From Mobula hypostoma (taxonomy: Eukaryota): DNA of 64,000 bases. This document shows, piece after piece, positions 51,480-64,000 of the stretch. The notes under the pieces are model-generated. The model saw nothing but the letters and a program-made list of their open reading frames with translations, was not told the origin of the DNA and searched no databases. The translations under genes were made by a program, and so were the position numbers. The stretch covers positions 4,962,001-5,026,000 of the forward strand of contig NC_086109.1 of NCBI RefSeq assembly GCF_963921235.1. Direction: 5' to 3'. Within the stretch, counting starts at the first letter, position 1. Each line of letters begins with the position of its first letter.

Positions 51480-52160
51480 ACGGTACACTCTGTAGGGGGA
51501 AATGGAGAGAGAGGGTTGAGTGAGGGGTCTTTGAACTGGGAAAAAATACTGTACCTTGTTTTGAGAAGGTTTTTGCCTGCCAGGTATTAGAGTTAATACT
51601 GAAATAAATATGAAAAAGAGGGGAATTACTTGCTGTAGTATTTTGTTCCTGCAGCCGGTGATACTAGACAGATCAGACCATTCACACAGTTCTTGGCCGC
51701 ACTTCATCCTTTCTGTACAGGGACAGCTGATCACACAGTTATCTCCAAAGTGTGAGCCTGTGTCACTGGCTGGGCAGTACCCGAGTCCTGGTATTGTGTG
51801 GAGTACCAGAATGTATCCTTGTAGGTCTGGGTGCAGCTGATCCTGACAGCCCTGATATAAACCTGCAGTTCTGTAGTTGTCTGTAAGTCTCTGGGTCTCC
51901 AGGAGAACAGGCAGCAGTGGATGCCATCGAGCTCTGCCTAGCATGGGTAGGCACAACCTCTGGCTGCCTGTGGGAAGGTGTTTATAAACCAAGACCACAA
52001 GCCCGGCTTCCAGCTCAGTCTGCAAATGTGGATGATCCCCGTCTCCTGCGAGAACCCTGCAGGAACAGTTGGCAAAACTGAGCGGTAATGACAAAGAGAC
52101 CATTTGGCCCATCGTGTTGGAGCTGTTTAGTGTTGGGGCTGCAGCTGAAAGCTTTTGGAG

Positions 52161-52300
52161 TAGACATCGATGCAGTGTCTCACGGGGAAGGTGGGAATAT
52201 CCAGAGTAGACATCAACGTAGTGTCTCACTGGGAAGATGGGAAAATCCAGTGTAGACATCGATGCAGTGTCTCACTGAGAAGATGGGGATATCTGGAATC
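52161..52300. repeat. 46 bp minisatellite (TAGACATCGATGCAGTGTCTCACTGGGAAGGTGGGAAAATCCAGAG), ~3 units; continues at 54723-54850
   Basis: The same unit is visible on both sides of the LINE. Confidence 0.85.
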
Positions 52301-54376
52301 GACATACTTTATATTTTCTACTTTATTGTCGCCAAACAATTAATACTAGAACGTACAATCATCACAGTGATATTTGATTCTGCGCTTTCCGCTCCCTGGA
52401 TTACAAATATTAAATATTTTAAAAAGTAAAAATTAGTAAATATTAAAAAATTAAATTATAAATCATAAATAGAAAATAGAGAAATGGAAAGTAAGGTAGT
52501 GCAAAAAAACCGAGAGGCAGGTCCGGATATTTGGAGGGTACGGCCCAGATCTGGGTCAGGATCCATTCAGCAGTCTTATCACAGTTGGAAAGAAGCTGTT
52601 CCCAAATCTGGCCATACGAGTCTTCAAGCTCCTGAGCCTTCTCCTGGAGGGAAGAGGGACGAAAAGTGTGTTGGCTGGATGGGTCGTGTCCTTGATTATC
52701 CTGGCAGCACTGCTCCGATAGTGTGCAGTGTAAAGTGAGTCCAAGGATGGAAGATTGGTTTGTGTGATGTGCTGCGCTATGTTCGCGATCTTCTGCAGCT
52801 TCTTTCGGTCTTGGACAGGACAACTTCCATAGTAGGTTGTGATGCACCCTAGAAGAAAGCTTTCTACGGTGCATCTATAAAAATTCGTGAGGGTTTTAGG
52901 GGACAGGCCAAATTTCTTTAGTTTTCTCAGGAAGTAAAGGCGCTGGTGGGCCTTCTTGGCAGTGGACTCTACTTGGTTGGGCCAAGTCAGGTCATTTGTG
53001 ATATTGACCCCGAGGAACTTAAAGCTTTTGACCTGTTCCACTTGCGCACCACCGATGTAAACTGGGTTGTACGGTCCGCTACTCATTCTGAAGTCAACAA
53101 CCAATTCCTTCATCTTGCTGACATTGAGGGATAGGTTATTGTCTTCGCACCATGCCACCAAGTTCTTAATTTCCTCTCTGTACTCAAACTCATCATTACC
53201 TGAGATACGGCCTACAATTGTTGTGTCATCAGCAAACTTATATATTGAGTTTGATGGAAACTTGGCTACGCAATCATGGGTGTACAGTGAGTACAGCAGG
53301 GGGCTGAGTACACAGCCTTGTGGGGCACCGGTGCTCAGAGTGATTGTAGAGGAGAGCTTATCCCCTATTTTTACAGCCTAAGTCCTGTCTGTGAGGAAGT
53401 TGAAGATCCAGCTGCAGATCTGAGTGCTAAGGCCCAGGTTCCGGAGCTTAGGAATCAGTTTATTTGGAATGATGGTATTAAAGGCAGAACTGTAGTCAAT
53501 GAAAAGGAGCCTTACGTATGCGTCTTTATTCTCCAGGTGTTCTAAGGAGGAATGTAGGGCCAGAGAGATGGCATCTGCCATTGACCTGTTGCTCTGGTAG
53601 GCGAATTGCAAAGCGTCGAGGATGACCGGTGGGCTGTGGTTGATGTGTGCCATAACCAATCTCTCGAAGCACTTCATAGCAATTGATGTCAGAGCCACAG
53701 GTCGATAGTCATTCAGGCATGCCACCTTGCTCTTCCTCGGCACTGGGATTATCGTTGCCTTCTCAAAACACGAGGGGATCTTAGACTGAAGCAGGGAGCA
53801 GCTAAAGATGTCAGCAAACACTCCAGCTAGCTCACTTGCACAGGCCCGGAGAACCCGTCCCGGGACGCCATCTGGACCCGTTGCCTTCCTTGGATTTATA
53901 TTCAGGAAGGCCCTTCTAACGTCCTCCTCAGTGATGATGAATCTCGATGCCACCAGGTCCGGTTCATCCGGAGGGAGCGGGATGTTCCTCTTCTGTTCGA
54001 ATCTTGTGTAGAGTATGTTAAGTTCATCAGGAAGAGAAGTGCCACAGTTATTGATATTCCCAGCCTTTTCTTTGCACCCAGTGATCTCATTTAGACCCTG
54101 CCATAGTCTGCTGGCACCCAGGTTAGCCTGGGCTTCCAACTTGGCTCGATATTGCCTCTTGGCGCCCTTAATGGCTTTCTGGAGTTCACGTCTGGATTCC
54201 GTGTAGGGACTGGTATCCCCGGATCTAAAAGCCGCAGGTCTAGCCTTTAAAAGGGACTTAACCTCATAATTCATCCAAGGTTTCTGGTTAGGGAATACCC
54301 GGATCGTCTTGCGAGACACACAGTCCTCCGTGCATTTCCAAATAAAGTCCGTGACAGCTGAGGCATACTCATCGAG

Positions 54377-54604
54377 CAACACACATCAAAGTTGCTGGTG
54401 AACACAGCAGGCCAAGCAGCATCTGTAGGAAGAGGTGCAGTCGACGTTTCAGGCCGAGACCCTAACCGTTAGTCCTGACGAAGGGTCTCGGCCTGAAACG
54501 TCGACTGCACCTCTTCCTACAGATGCTGCTTGGCCTGCTGCGTTCACCAGCAACTTTGATGTGTGTTGCTTGAATTTCCAGCATCTGCAGAATTCCTGTT
54601 GTTT
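54377..54604. mobile_element. Very young Penelope-derived fold-back mini-element with 14 bp TSD, inserted in the LINE ORF
   Basis: GCATACTCATCGAG at 54363-54376 and 54605-54618; ~87 bp inverted arms with one mismatch. Confidence 0.9.
54471..54506 (+). ncRNA. Minimal type I hammerhead ribozyme motif, core intact
   Basis: AGUC (stem I) CUGACGA, stem-loop II AGGGUCUCGGCCU, GAAA, palindromic ACGU stem III, GUC cleavage triplet, GACU (stem I'). Confidence 0.65.
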
Positions 54605-54722
54605 GCATACTCATCGAGGTTAGCTGCCGAGGCCTTGAATACTAACCAGTCCACTGATTCAAAGCAGTCACAGAGGACCTCATCCACTTTTGACACCATG
54701 ACCTCTCGCTTCAGCTTCTGTT

Positions 54723-54850
54723 TGATGCAGTGTCTCACTGGGAAGGTGGGAAAATCTGGAGTAGACATCGATGCAGTGTCTCACTGGGAAGGTGGGAAAA
54801 TCCGGATTAGATATTGATGCAGTGTCTCACTGGGAAGGTGGGAATATCTA
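54723..54850. repeat. Right half of the 46 bp minisatellite (~3 units)
   Basis: GATGCAGTGTCTCACTGGGAAGGTGGGAA occurs three times. Confidence 0.85.
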
Positions 54851-56543
54851 CTTTCTTTGTTGCTGCTCTCTCTCTTCTGACAATTACTTCAAATCTCTCT
54901 ACTCCTGCTTTTTGACACCTCTAACGGGAATGTCCCCTGCCTATTTACTAGGCCCCCTCTATTTTGAACATGTTACCGAAATCTCTCCTCATCCTTTTTG
55001 CTCCAACGAAAACAGCCCAAACTTTCCCCAGCCCTGGTAACTCCATGGGCCTCCTGCCATGAACTGTGTCTCCTCTACGATGCACTGATACCCAGTGCTC
55101 AGAGTGGTGGCCTAACTAGAGCTGATTCGAGTTTCACTTGAGAGAGGGAGAGAGAGAGAAAGAGCACCATGGCCAGTTTCACAGATCAGTCAAATTCAAT
55201 GGCAGAATAAGTAAACCCACAGTCAGTGTCCTCTCCCTGGCCAATATTTAATTAATTTATTTGGAGATACAATGAAGAACAGGCCTTCCAGCCCAGTGAA
55301 CGGCACTGCCCAGCAACATACCAATTTAACCCGAGCCTAATTACAGGTCATCTAGCAATGCCCAGTTAACCTACCAACCAGAACACCTTTGGACTGTGGG
55401 AGGAAACCGGAGCACCCGGAGGAAACCCACATACTCACAGCAAGGGCATACAAACTTCTTACAGATGGCGTTGGAATTGAACTCTGAACTCCGACAGGCC
55501 AGGCTGTAATAGTGTCACACTAACCACTATGCTACTGTGGCACCCGTCAGAGGCTCTGGTCTCTCTTGCCCAGTCTGAGTGGGTCTTCATCTCTGTGCGT
55601 CCCATGCCTGAATCCTGCGATGTGAGTCCCGTCTGGTCTGTCACAGCAAGGAAACCTTCTAAGGTGAACACAGTTATTAATTTAAACGTACAGAATGGTA
55701 ATTAGCTGTTCCAGCCCAATAAGACTACACTGCCAGTTAGATCCATGTAACCAAATAACCTCCTAACCCATACACCTTTGGAATGTGGGAGGAAACTGGA
55801 GCACTCTGAGGAAACCCACACTCCTTACAGACAGTGGCGGGAATTGAACGAAGTTATTACGCTTTACACTAACTGCTGTCCTACCATGTCACCCCAAACT
55901 TCCTTGGAAAACCCGTAACACCCTCATTGGCCCTGGGCCTGGGCCTCCCAGGAGTCACTCTGGTGAGGAGAACATTCCAGGGAGAGCGATTGCCATAGGA
56001 ATCTCCTTCTGGTATCTGGGCATCATCATCACTATGTGCTGTGTCGTATGACCATGTTTGTTCTTGGCAAATTTTTCTGCTGAAGTGGTTTGCCGTTTCC
56101 TTCTTCTGGGCAGTGTCTTTACAAGATGGGTGACTCCAGCCATTATCAATACTCTTCAGAGATTGTCTGCCCGGTGTCAGTGGTCACATAACCAGGACTT
56201 GTGACATGCACCAGCTGCTCATATGACCATCCACCACCTGCTCCCACGGCTTCACGTGACCCTGATCGGGGGCTAAGCAGGTGCTACACCTTGCCCAAGG
56301 GTGACCTACAGGCTAACAGAGGGAAGCAGAGCCTTACACCTCCTTTGGTAGAGATGTATCTCTACCCCGACATCCAGGTATCTGAGCATAGAGTGTAAAT
56401 AGAGTGCAGAACAATTCAAAGCAGCCAGCCATCCCGTCAAACACTCTGTAATTTTGCTGAGATAAAGTCTTTAGGATCCATAGTTTGCCTCAGTGGTCAC
56501 TTCTGAAGCAACAGAATAGGAATGGTCATAACTCTCCCTCGTG

Positions 56544-56820
56544 TGGCTGGCGGGTGGCGCAGCGACATCAGCGCCGGACTTCGGAGCGAAGGTTCCCGAG
56601 TTCGAATCCAAGTTGGGCTGCCCCCCCCCCCCCCCGAGCATGCTTTCCATCCGTGCCGGGTTAAGTGTCGAGCTAGCCACTCGGCCTCATTAAAAAACAA
56701 GGGTCGAGTCAGGAACGTTCATATTGTGACCCAGTTAATCCGAAAGGAGACCAATCCTGACACCACGCGCCAGACAAGAATGGCTGACTGTCTGGTGCGA
56801 CACGCCAGGAAGGAACTCTC
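56544..56820 (+). mobile_element. Young tRNA-derived SINE (CpGs retained)
   Basis: A box GTGGCGCAGCG, anticodon-like CTTCGGA, B box GAGTTCGAATCC, poly-C, body shared with other copies. Confidence 0.7.
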
Positions 56821-56984
56821 CCTCAGCCCTACGGGAATGAGCAATGGGGGCATCGGACCTGAGAAAGGATTTCATTCTGTGTGAGACAGGGAAAGAGATG
56901 TCTCTCTACAATGTGAAGATGACCGAGTTTACAGTATTCTTTGGAATGTGTAGCCTGTCATTCAGTGTTTTTAAATTAAGCTGG

Positions 56985-58125
56985 TTAGACCATAAGACCA
57001 TAAGATATACGAATAGAACTAGGCCATTGGCCCATTGATTCTGCTCCACCATTTAGATTTAGATTATGAAGACACGCAGTCCTCTTTTATTGTCATTTAG
57101 TAATGCATGCATTAAGAAATGATACAATGTTTCTCCAGAGTGATATCACAGAAAACAGGACAAACCAAAGACTAACACTGACAGAACCACATAATTATAA
57201 CATATAGTTACAAACAGTGCAACAATACCATAACTTGATGAAGAAGTCCATGAGCACAGTAAAGTTCAAAGTCTCTCAAATGTCCCACATCTCACGCAGA
57301 CGGGAGAAGGAAGAAAAACTCTCCCTGCCATACCCGACCACGGTACGACTCTCAGTCATCCGAAAACTTCGAGCCTCTGATCAGCTCTCCGACACTGAGT
57401 GCTGAGCGCCATCTCTGTCCGAACGATTCGACCTCAATCTCAGTCGCCAACAGCAGGCAAAGCCGGGGATTTTGAGGCCTTCTCTCCGGAAGATTCCCGA
57501 CCGCGCAGTAACAACAGCAGTGAACTGGCGTTTCAGAAATTTCTCCAGATGTTCCTCTGTGCTTTCACGTCAAATCAGAATTGTCCACGGCCCCTATTTA
57601 ACGGATACAATATCATTTTTCACCGGAGGGCTGCGCACGCGCACGCGCTGCTCTCTCTCCTCCCACTGATTCATCATGGCTGATCCATTTTCCCTCTCAG
57701 CCCCAACCTCCTGCCTTCCCCCCATATCCCTTCATGCCCTGAACAATCAAGACTCTATCAACCTCTGCCTTAAATGTACATAAAGACTTGGCCTCCACAG
57801 CTGTCCGTGGCAAAGAATTCCTCAAATTCACCACTCTTTGGCTAAAGAAATTCCTCCTCATCTTCATTCTAAAGGGACGCCCCTCTATTCTGAGGCTGTG
57901 TCCTCTGGTCCTAGACTCTCCCACTGTAGGAAATATTCTCTCCACATCCACTCTATCAAGGCCTTTCACCATTCGATAGGTTTCCATGAGGTCACCCTTT
58001 ATTCTTCTGAATTCCAGTGAATAAGGACCAGAGCTATCAAACACTCTTCACATGACAAGCTGTTCAATCCTGGAATAATTTTCGTGAACCTCCTTTGAAG
58101 CCTTTCCAGTGTCAGCACATCTTTT
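56985..58125 (-). mobile_element. CR1 3' fragment interrupted by a ~610 bp non-coding insertion (57053-57661)
   Basis: YSLEFRRIKGDLMETYRMVKGLDRVD...ESRTRGHSLRI; the tail sequence CTGCTCCACCA.../...TTCATCATGGCTGATCC is split by the insert. Confidence 0.8.
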
Positions 58126-60751
58126 CAAGCTAGAAATTCTCTGCTGATTTCCTTCAACCTAAATCTCAGAGACAGTCAAAACAAAAAAAACTGAGCTCTG
58201 GTTATCTGAAAATAAAAATCAGAGAGCCATATAATAAGTTGAATTCAATATTCTATAGTTAAGGTTCAGTTCTTTTTTCTGATGCCTACTTTTTGAAATG
58301 ACATCTGTATACTGTGACTCAACATTCTCATGTCAGTTACAAACCAAAATGGAACAAATATTAATGACTGTCGTCAAGGGAACCAAATGAGCATTTCTAT
58401 ACAGCTGCCTGTCCATTCCCGAGAGGGCTGTCACTCAGTCAGTGCAAATGGTCATAGTCTATTTGTCCTTTATAATGCTCTTCTTCCTGTTTATTTATAA
58501 AGTTAAACTCTTGCAGCAAAAACTAGTTTTGTGTGAACTTCAGAGACAGAAGCTGAGAGATGAATAAGAAGTTACCGAGGAGAAGAAATCTCCCCAAGTC
58601 CAGGTGATTATGATTCAGCAACATCGCAGGGAGGATTACTGCATCATCGAAGAGTAGGACTCCAAGGTCTAAACATGAAATCACAGATATGATTACAAAT
58701 ACTTTCTGCAGCCAAAGAGCAACAGGGAATGCAGATAATCCAGGGAATCACAAGTAAACTGCTTCATGAGAGACGGGAGACACGAGCTTTCAGGAGTGAC
58801 AGGGGTATTTTATTTTCAATTGTAATTGGTTGTTGTCTCACTGATATCTTCTTCCTCATCAGGCAGAGAATACTCTTGGAAGCTGTCTGAGCAAGTGCAT
58901 CATTCCACTGAGTGTTTGTTCTCCCCCACCCCTCCCTCGTTGGTTCTTGGGAGAGCACTGTCTTGGCATGAGCTGGCATTTCTGCAGACAAGCAATGGTT
59001 ATGGATGGTCAGCCAGATTTGTAACTTGATCCTTCAATAAATATTTTGATTTGGTTTCATTAAGATTTTAGAACTCGTGGCCCAGTGTGAATCTACTGCA
59101 ACCATCCATCGTCCGGACCGAGAAATAATCACCGAGTTAAAGGCCCTTGTAAAACTGGGCCACACATTCTCACAACCTCCGAGCCTCAGCAACCCCCGAC
59201 TCAGTGCTGAGCTCGGGTGCTGCCTTCCTGGAGTCTGCACGTTCTCTCTGTCATGGCGTGGGTTTGCCGCAGATGTCCCAGTTTTGTCCCACAAGATTAA
59301 ATTTATCACATGCGCATTCAACCATGCGGTGACGTGCGTAGTTTGTGTCGATGGCGGACACAGTCCCAAGCTGTACTGGGGGTTAGCCCTCAATGGGCTT
59401 GGAATGTGGGAGGAAACCGGATCACCCAGAGGAAACCCACACGGTCATGGAGAGAGCGTACAAACTCCTTGCAGACTGCAGTGGGGTTGAACCCTGATCT
59501 TACAGGTGATGTTGTAAAGCATTGTGCTAGTCACTACACCGCTACCACCTGTAATGCGGTACAGTGAGAAACTTAGTTTTGCATGCCATCCAAACCAATC
59601 GCTTCACTGCACCAGTCCACCAAGGTAGAGTTCATAGGGTTATACAGTACAGAAACAGGCCCTTCGGCCCATCTGTTCCATGCCGGCCAAGGTGCCTCAG
59701 CAAAGCTCAGCCCCTTTATCTTGTACTCCCAAGGTAGTACAAGGGAAAAGCGGTAACAGAATGCAGTGTAGTGTCAGGGTGGGAGAATCTCGGCACAGAG
59801 GCCACAGCCTTAGACTAGAGGGATGTCCATTTAGAACAGAGATGAGGAATCAGAAACAGGTTTAGTATCACCAGCATATGTTGTGAAATTTGTTGTCTTT
59901 GTGGCAGCAGTACAGTGCAATACCTAATCATAGAGAAAGAAAACTGTGAATTACAGTCAGTTTATATAGTAAATAGTTCATTAAATTGTTCATGGTAGTG
60001 TTCATTGGTTCAATGTCCACTCAGAAATCTGATGGCAGAGGGGAAGAAGCTGTTCCTGAATTATTGAGTGTGTGTCTTCAGGCTCCTGTACCTCCTCCCT
60101 GATGGTAGCAATGAGAACAAGGCATGACCTGGGTGATGGGGGTCCTTAATGATGGATGCTGCCTTTTTGAGACATCGCTCCTTGAAGATGTCCTGGATAC
60201 TGTGGAGGTTAGTGCTCACGATGGAGCTGACTAAGTTTACAACTCTGTGCAACTCATTTCAATCCTGTGCAGTTGCCCCTCCCCATACCAGACGGTGATA
60301 CAGCCAGTTAAAGTGCCCTCCACGGTATATCCGTAGAAATTTGCAAGCTTCTATGGTGACATACCAAATCTCCTCAAGCTCCTAGTGAAATATAGCTGCT
60401 GTCGTGCCTCCTTTGTAGCTGCGTTGATATATTGAGAAGGATTTCTTCAGCCAGAAGGTGGTGAATCTGCAGAATTCATTGCCACGGGCAGCTGTGGAGG
60501 CTGTATGTTTAACATGGACAATGATAAGTTCGTGATTAGTCAGGGCATCAAAGGTTATGGTGAGAAGGCAGGAGAATGGGCTTGTGACGGATAATAAATC
60601 AGCTATGATGGAATGCTTGTACAGACTCAATGGGCTGAATGGCCTGATTCTGCTTCTATGTCTTATAGTTTTACTGTCTAAGTAGTAGTAATTTTTGCAT
60701 AAATCAGGTTTGAATAGTTATTTTCTGTCTTCATCAGGGGCTTGTTCAGTT

Positions 60752-61200
60752 ATAGAACATAGATCATAGAACATAGAACATAGAATAGTACAGCACAGTA
60801 CAGGCCCTTCGGCCCACAATGTTGTGCCGACCCTCAAACCCTGCCTCCCATACAAGCCCCCACCTTAAATTCCTCCATATACCTGTCTAGTAGTCTCTTA
60901 AACTTCACTAGTGTATCTGCCTCCACCACTGACTCAGGCAGTGCATTCCACGCACCAACCACTCTCTGAGTAAAAAACCTTCCTCTAATATTCCCCTTGA
61001 ACTTCCCACCCCTTACCTTAAAGCCATGTCCTCTTGTATTGAGCAGTGGTGCCCTGGGGAAGAGGCGCTGGCTATCCACTCTATCTATTCCTCTTATTAT
61101 CTTGTACACCTCTATCATGTCTCCTCTCATCCTCCTTCTCTCCAAAGAGTAAAGCCCTAGCTCCCTTAATCTCTGATCATAATCCATACCCTCTAAACCA
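60752..61200 (-). mobile_element. Young CR1 LINE 3' fragment
   Basis: ORF 60834-61187 RLRELGLYSLERRRMRGDMIEVYKII...FFTQRVVGAWNALP; (TTCTATG)n tail. Confidence 0.9.
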
Positions 61201-64000
61201 GTTTAACACAATCTCAGCCCTGCTCTCTCAATAATGATCATTCACAGTTCAGAGAGACAGAACGCGCTTCTACATGTTCAGACACACTTTACTGGAACAA
61301 ACCAACAAAACATGGTGATTGGAGGAACATGTTGGGGGGGTGTCAGAGGTGGGCTTTTTACACAATGGTGGGGGGTGTGTTGTGCTGTTAGAGGTTGTGG
61401 TAGAGGCAGATACAGAAGGGACATTTCAAAGTTCAAAGTAAATTTATTATCAAGGTGCCATATATGTCACCATATACAACCTGGAAATTCATTTTCTTGT
61501 GGGTATAATCAATAAATCTATAGAATAATAACCATAACAGAATCAATGAAAGACCACATCAATGTGAGCATTCAATCAGAGTGCAAAAGACAACAAACTG
61601 CGCAAATACATAAAGAAAGCTAATAATAATGGTAAATAAATAAAGAAGCTATAAATATTGAGAACATGAGATGAAGAATCCTTGAAAGTGAGTCGATAGG
61701 TTGTGGGAACAGTTTGGTGATGGGACGAGTGAAGCTGAGTGAAGCTGAGAACTCGGCATCAGAATCCGGTTTATTGTCCCCGGCATATGTCGTGAAACAC
61801 AGCAGCAGCAGTGCAACGCAATACACGGTAATATACCACAAAAATAAAATACAGTATACAATATATATATAATACAGTATATGTGTATTGAATAGTTAAA
61901 TTAAGAGCAGTCGTACAAAAACAGAAATAATAACAAAGTAGTGAGGTAGTGTTCATGGGTTCAATATCCATTCGGAAATCAGCAGAGGGATAGAAGCTGT
62001 TCCTGAATCACTGAGTGTGTGCCTTCAGGCTCCTGTACCTCCTTCCTGATGGTAACAGTGAGAACAGGGTGCATCCTGGGAGGCGAGGCTCCCTGACGAT
62101 GGATGCTGATTTCCTGCGATGTCTTTTTGTTTAGATGTGCTCAATGGCGAGGAGGGTTTTACCCGTGATGGACTGGGCTGTTTCCCTCACATTTTGTAGG
62201 ATTTTCGTTCAAGGGCATTGGCGTTTCCAATCCAGGGTGTGCTGCAGCCAGTCAATATTCTCTCCCAGAAATACACATCAGCGGAAGTTTGTCAAAGTTT
62301 TAGATGTTGCTGAATCTCCACAAACTCCTAAGGAAGTAGAGGTGCTGCTGTGCTTTCTTTGTACGTGCTGGGCCCAGGACAGGTCCTGCAAAATGATAGC
62401 ACCAAGGAATTTAAAGTTGCTGACCCTCTTCGATGTGGACTGGCTCATGGTCCTCTGGTTTCCTTCTCCTGAAGGAAATATTGGGATACTTAAGAGACAT
62501 GTGGATGGTAGAAAAAGGGAAGGCTATGCAGGAGTGAAGGGTTAGGTTGATCTTGGAGTTAAAAGGTGGGCACAACATTGTGGGCCTGTACTGTGCTGTA
62601 CTGTTTATGTTTAAGGGCAGTCAGAATGGGGTGAATTGCTCTGCTGGTAACTGCCATGTCTTGTGGGCTGAATGGCCTCCTGTTGTGACACAGTTAGCAT
62701 CATCCCTCTCCTCTCACCAGTTAACAGAGGTTAACTGATGTAATCCACTGAGGTTACTGAAGTAACTAATTGCTAAAGAAAGCTGACCTTGAACTTTTGG
62801 CTGAATTTAACAGAGTAACGTTCTAGAGCCCTGCCGATCCTTTGCTTCCCAAACCTTATGTATTCTTCCTTCTTCTTCTCAACTGGATGTTCCACCCCTC
62901 TCGTGGCTCCATCATCCTACCAGCCTTTCCCGGCCTCAATGGGACAACCCCAGCAAGAGCTCCCTAAACACCTGCACATTTCTGTTGTACGTTTCCCAGT
63001 ATAATCTGTTCCCAATTTATGCTCTCCGGTTCCTACCTAATAATATTACAATTCACTTTCCCCCAATTAAATGCTTTCCCATAACGTCTGCTCCCACCCC
63101 TCTCCGAGGCGATAATAAAGGTCAGGGAGTTGTTTCGTCCGCTGGCCTGCGGGTCACCCTTGGGCAAGGTGTAGCACCAGCTTAACTCCCCCCGATCAGG
63201 GTCACGTGAAGCCATGAGAGCAGCTGGTGCCTATCACAAGTCCTGGCTATGCCACCACGATCACCAGGCCGCTGGGGTCACCCGTCTTGTAAAGGCCCTG
63301 CCCAGAAGAAGGCAAAGGCAAACCACTTCTGTAGAAAAATTCGCCCAGAACAATCATGGTCAAAGACTATATTCGCCCACATCATACGACACGGCGCGTA
63401 ACGATGATGATTCCAACCAATGAAGAAGAATTATGAAGAAAGCAAGTGTGAGTTCAGAAGACTGGACTTGGTGAGATTAATTGGGAGAACTGGGTAGGGA
63501 CAGGAGGTAATGAAACCAGAAAATGGGCCGAGAGGAAGTAAAAAATTGCAGACATATTGTCCAAAATAACTTCTGTCTACTTCCGTGAAAACATCCAGGC
63601 AAGTTAGAGTCAATATTTGTGTTCCATTGGACGCTGCTGATAAGGCAATGGGTGTTGCTTCGGTATCTCGGGTATGTGCATGATATTTGTGTTGCCCAAT
63701 GCTGACACACTATTAATGATCAATTAAGCTCCCTGACACACAGTCATGCATAAGTAGTACAGACTTGAGCTCATTCCAGACAGGAAACCCTGATGTCATA
63801 TCCGATCGGGTTCAGTTGTTCCGTGGACCAGGAAAGATAGGTTCATTTTTGAGAAACAGGCTTGGTTACTGATGCTGTTTGTTGGCTGTGAAAACCTTTC
63901 TTTTGCCAATGGGTTACTTTTGTAATCTCTGTCCACTGGTGATGAGAGGAGGAGGGCAATGATGCAAACTACAACACAAGAGGGGGCACCCTCTATTCCC

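Larger units (their letters stand above)
52305..54722 (-). mobile_element. Young 5'-truncated Rex1/Babar LINE (RT region nearly intact)
   Basis: ORFs 53378-54382 and 52556-53161 are one frame broken by a single TAG; motifs LNDYRPVALTS, LFIDYSSAFNTI, GAPQGCVLSPLLY, YKFADD, FKFLGV. Confidence 0.92.

Noticed and set aside
56544..56615. Possible tRNA-Arg(TCG) gene
   Set aside because: The cloverleaf is incomplete and the sequence continues into a SINE body found at several other positions.
58500..59045. Unique sequence with an acceptor-like site (~58862) and AATAAA (~59036)
   Set aside because: No sustained reading frame or recognisable homology; such signals arise by chance.
63430..64000. Unique sequence at the window end, possibly part of a neighbouring gene
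   Set aside because: No convincing exon or recognisable peptide on either strand.

Overview
Eukaryotic, repeat-rich vertebrate DNA. The repeat complement (CR1, Rex1/Babar, L1, Penelope-derived elements, V-SINE-like tRNA SINEs, Tc1) suggests a cartilaginous fish, probably a ray (inference). One protein-coding gene is supported: a SARG/C1orf116-family gene on the + strand. It has a CpG-island promoter with a TATA box and multiple CCAAT boxes (~1850-2100), a non-coding exon 1 ending at 2142, coding exons 11708-11776, 27306-27477 and 38195-39444 (phase-consistent, 496 aa), and AATAAA at 40547. Most other sequence is transposon debris. Best candidates for something new: (1) a decayed Gypsy LTR retrotransposon in intron 3 that carries an intronless, internally deleted, still open myosin heavy chain (MYH16-like) rod sequence where the RNase H/integrase core would be; (2) many Penelope-derived short elements with minimal type I hammerhead ribozyme motifs, several as fold-back insertions with 10-14 bp target-site duplications (TSDs); (3) an ORF1-only, HAL1-like L1 with intact ends and a TSD. 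All homology calls come from motif recognition by eye, with no database searches. Repeat boundaries are approximate.
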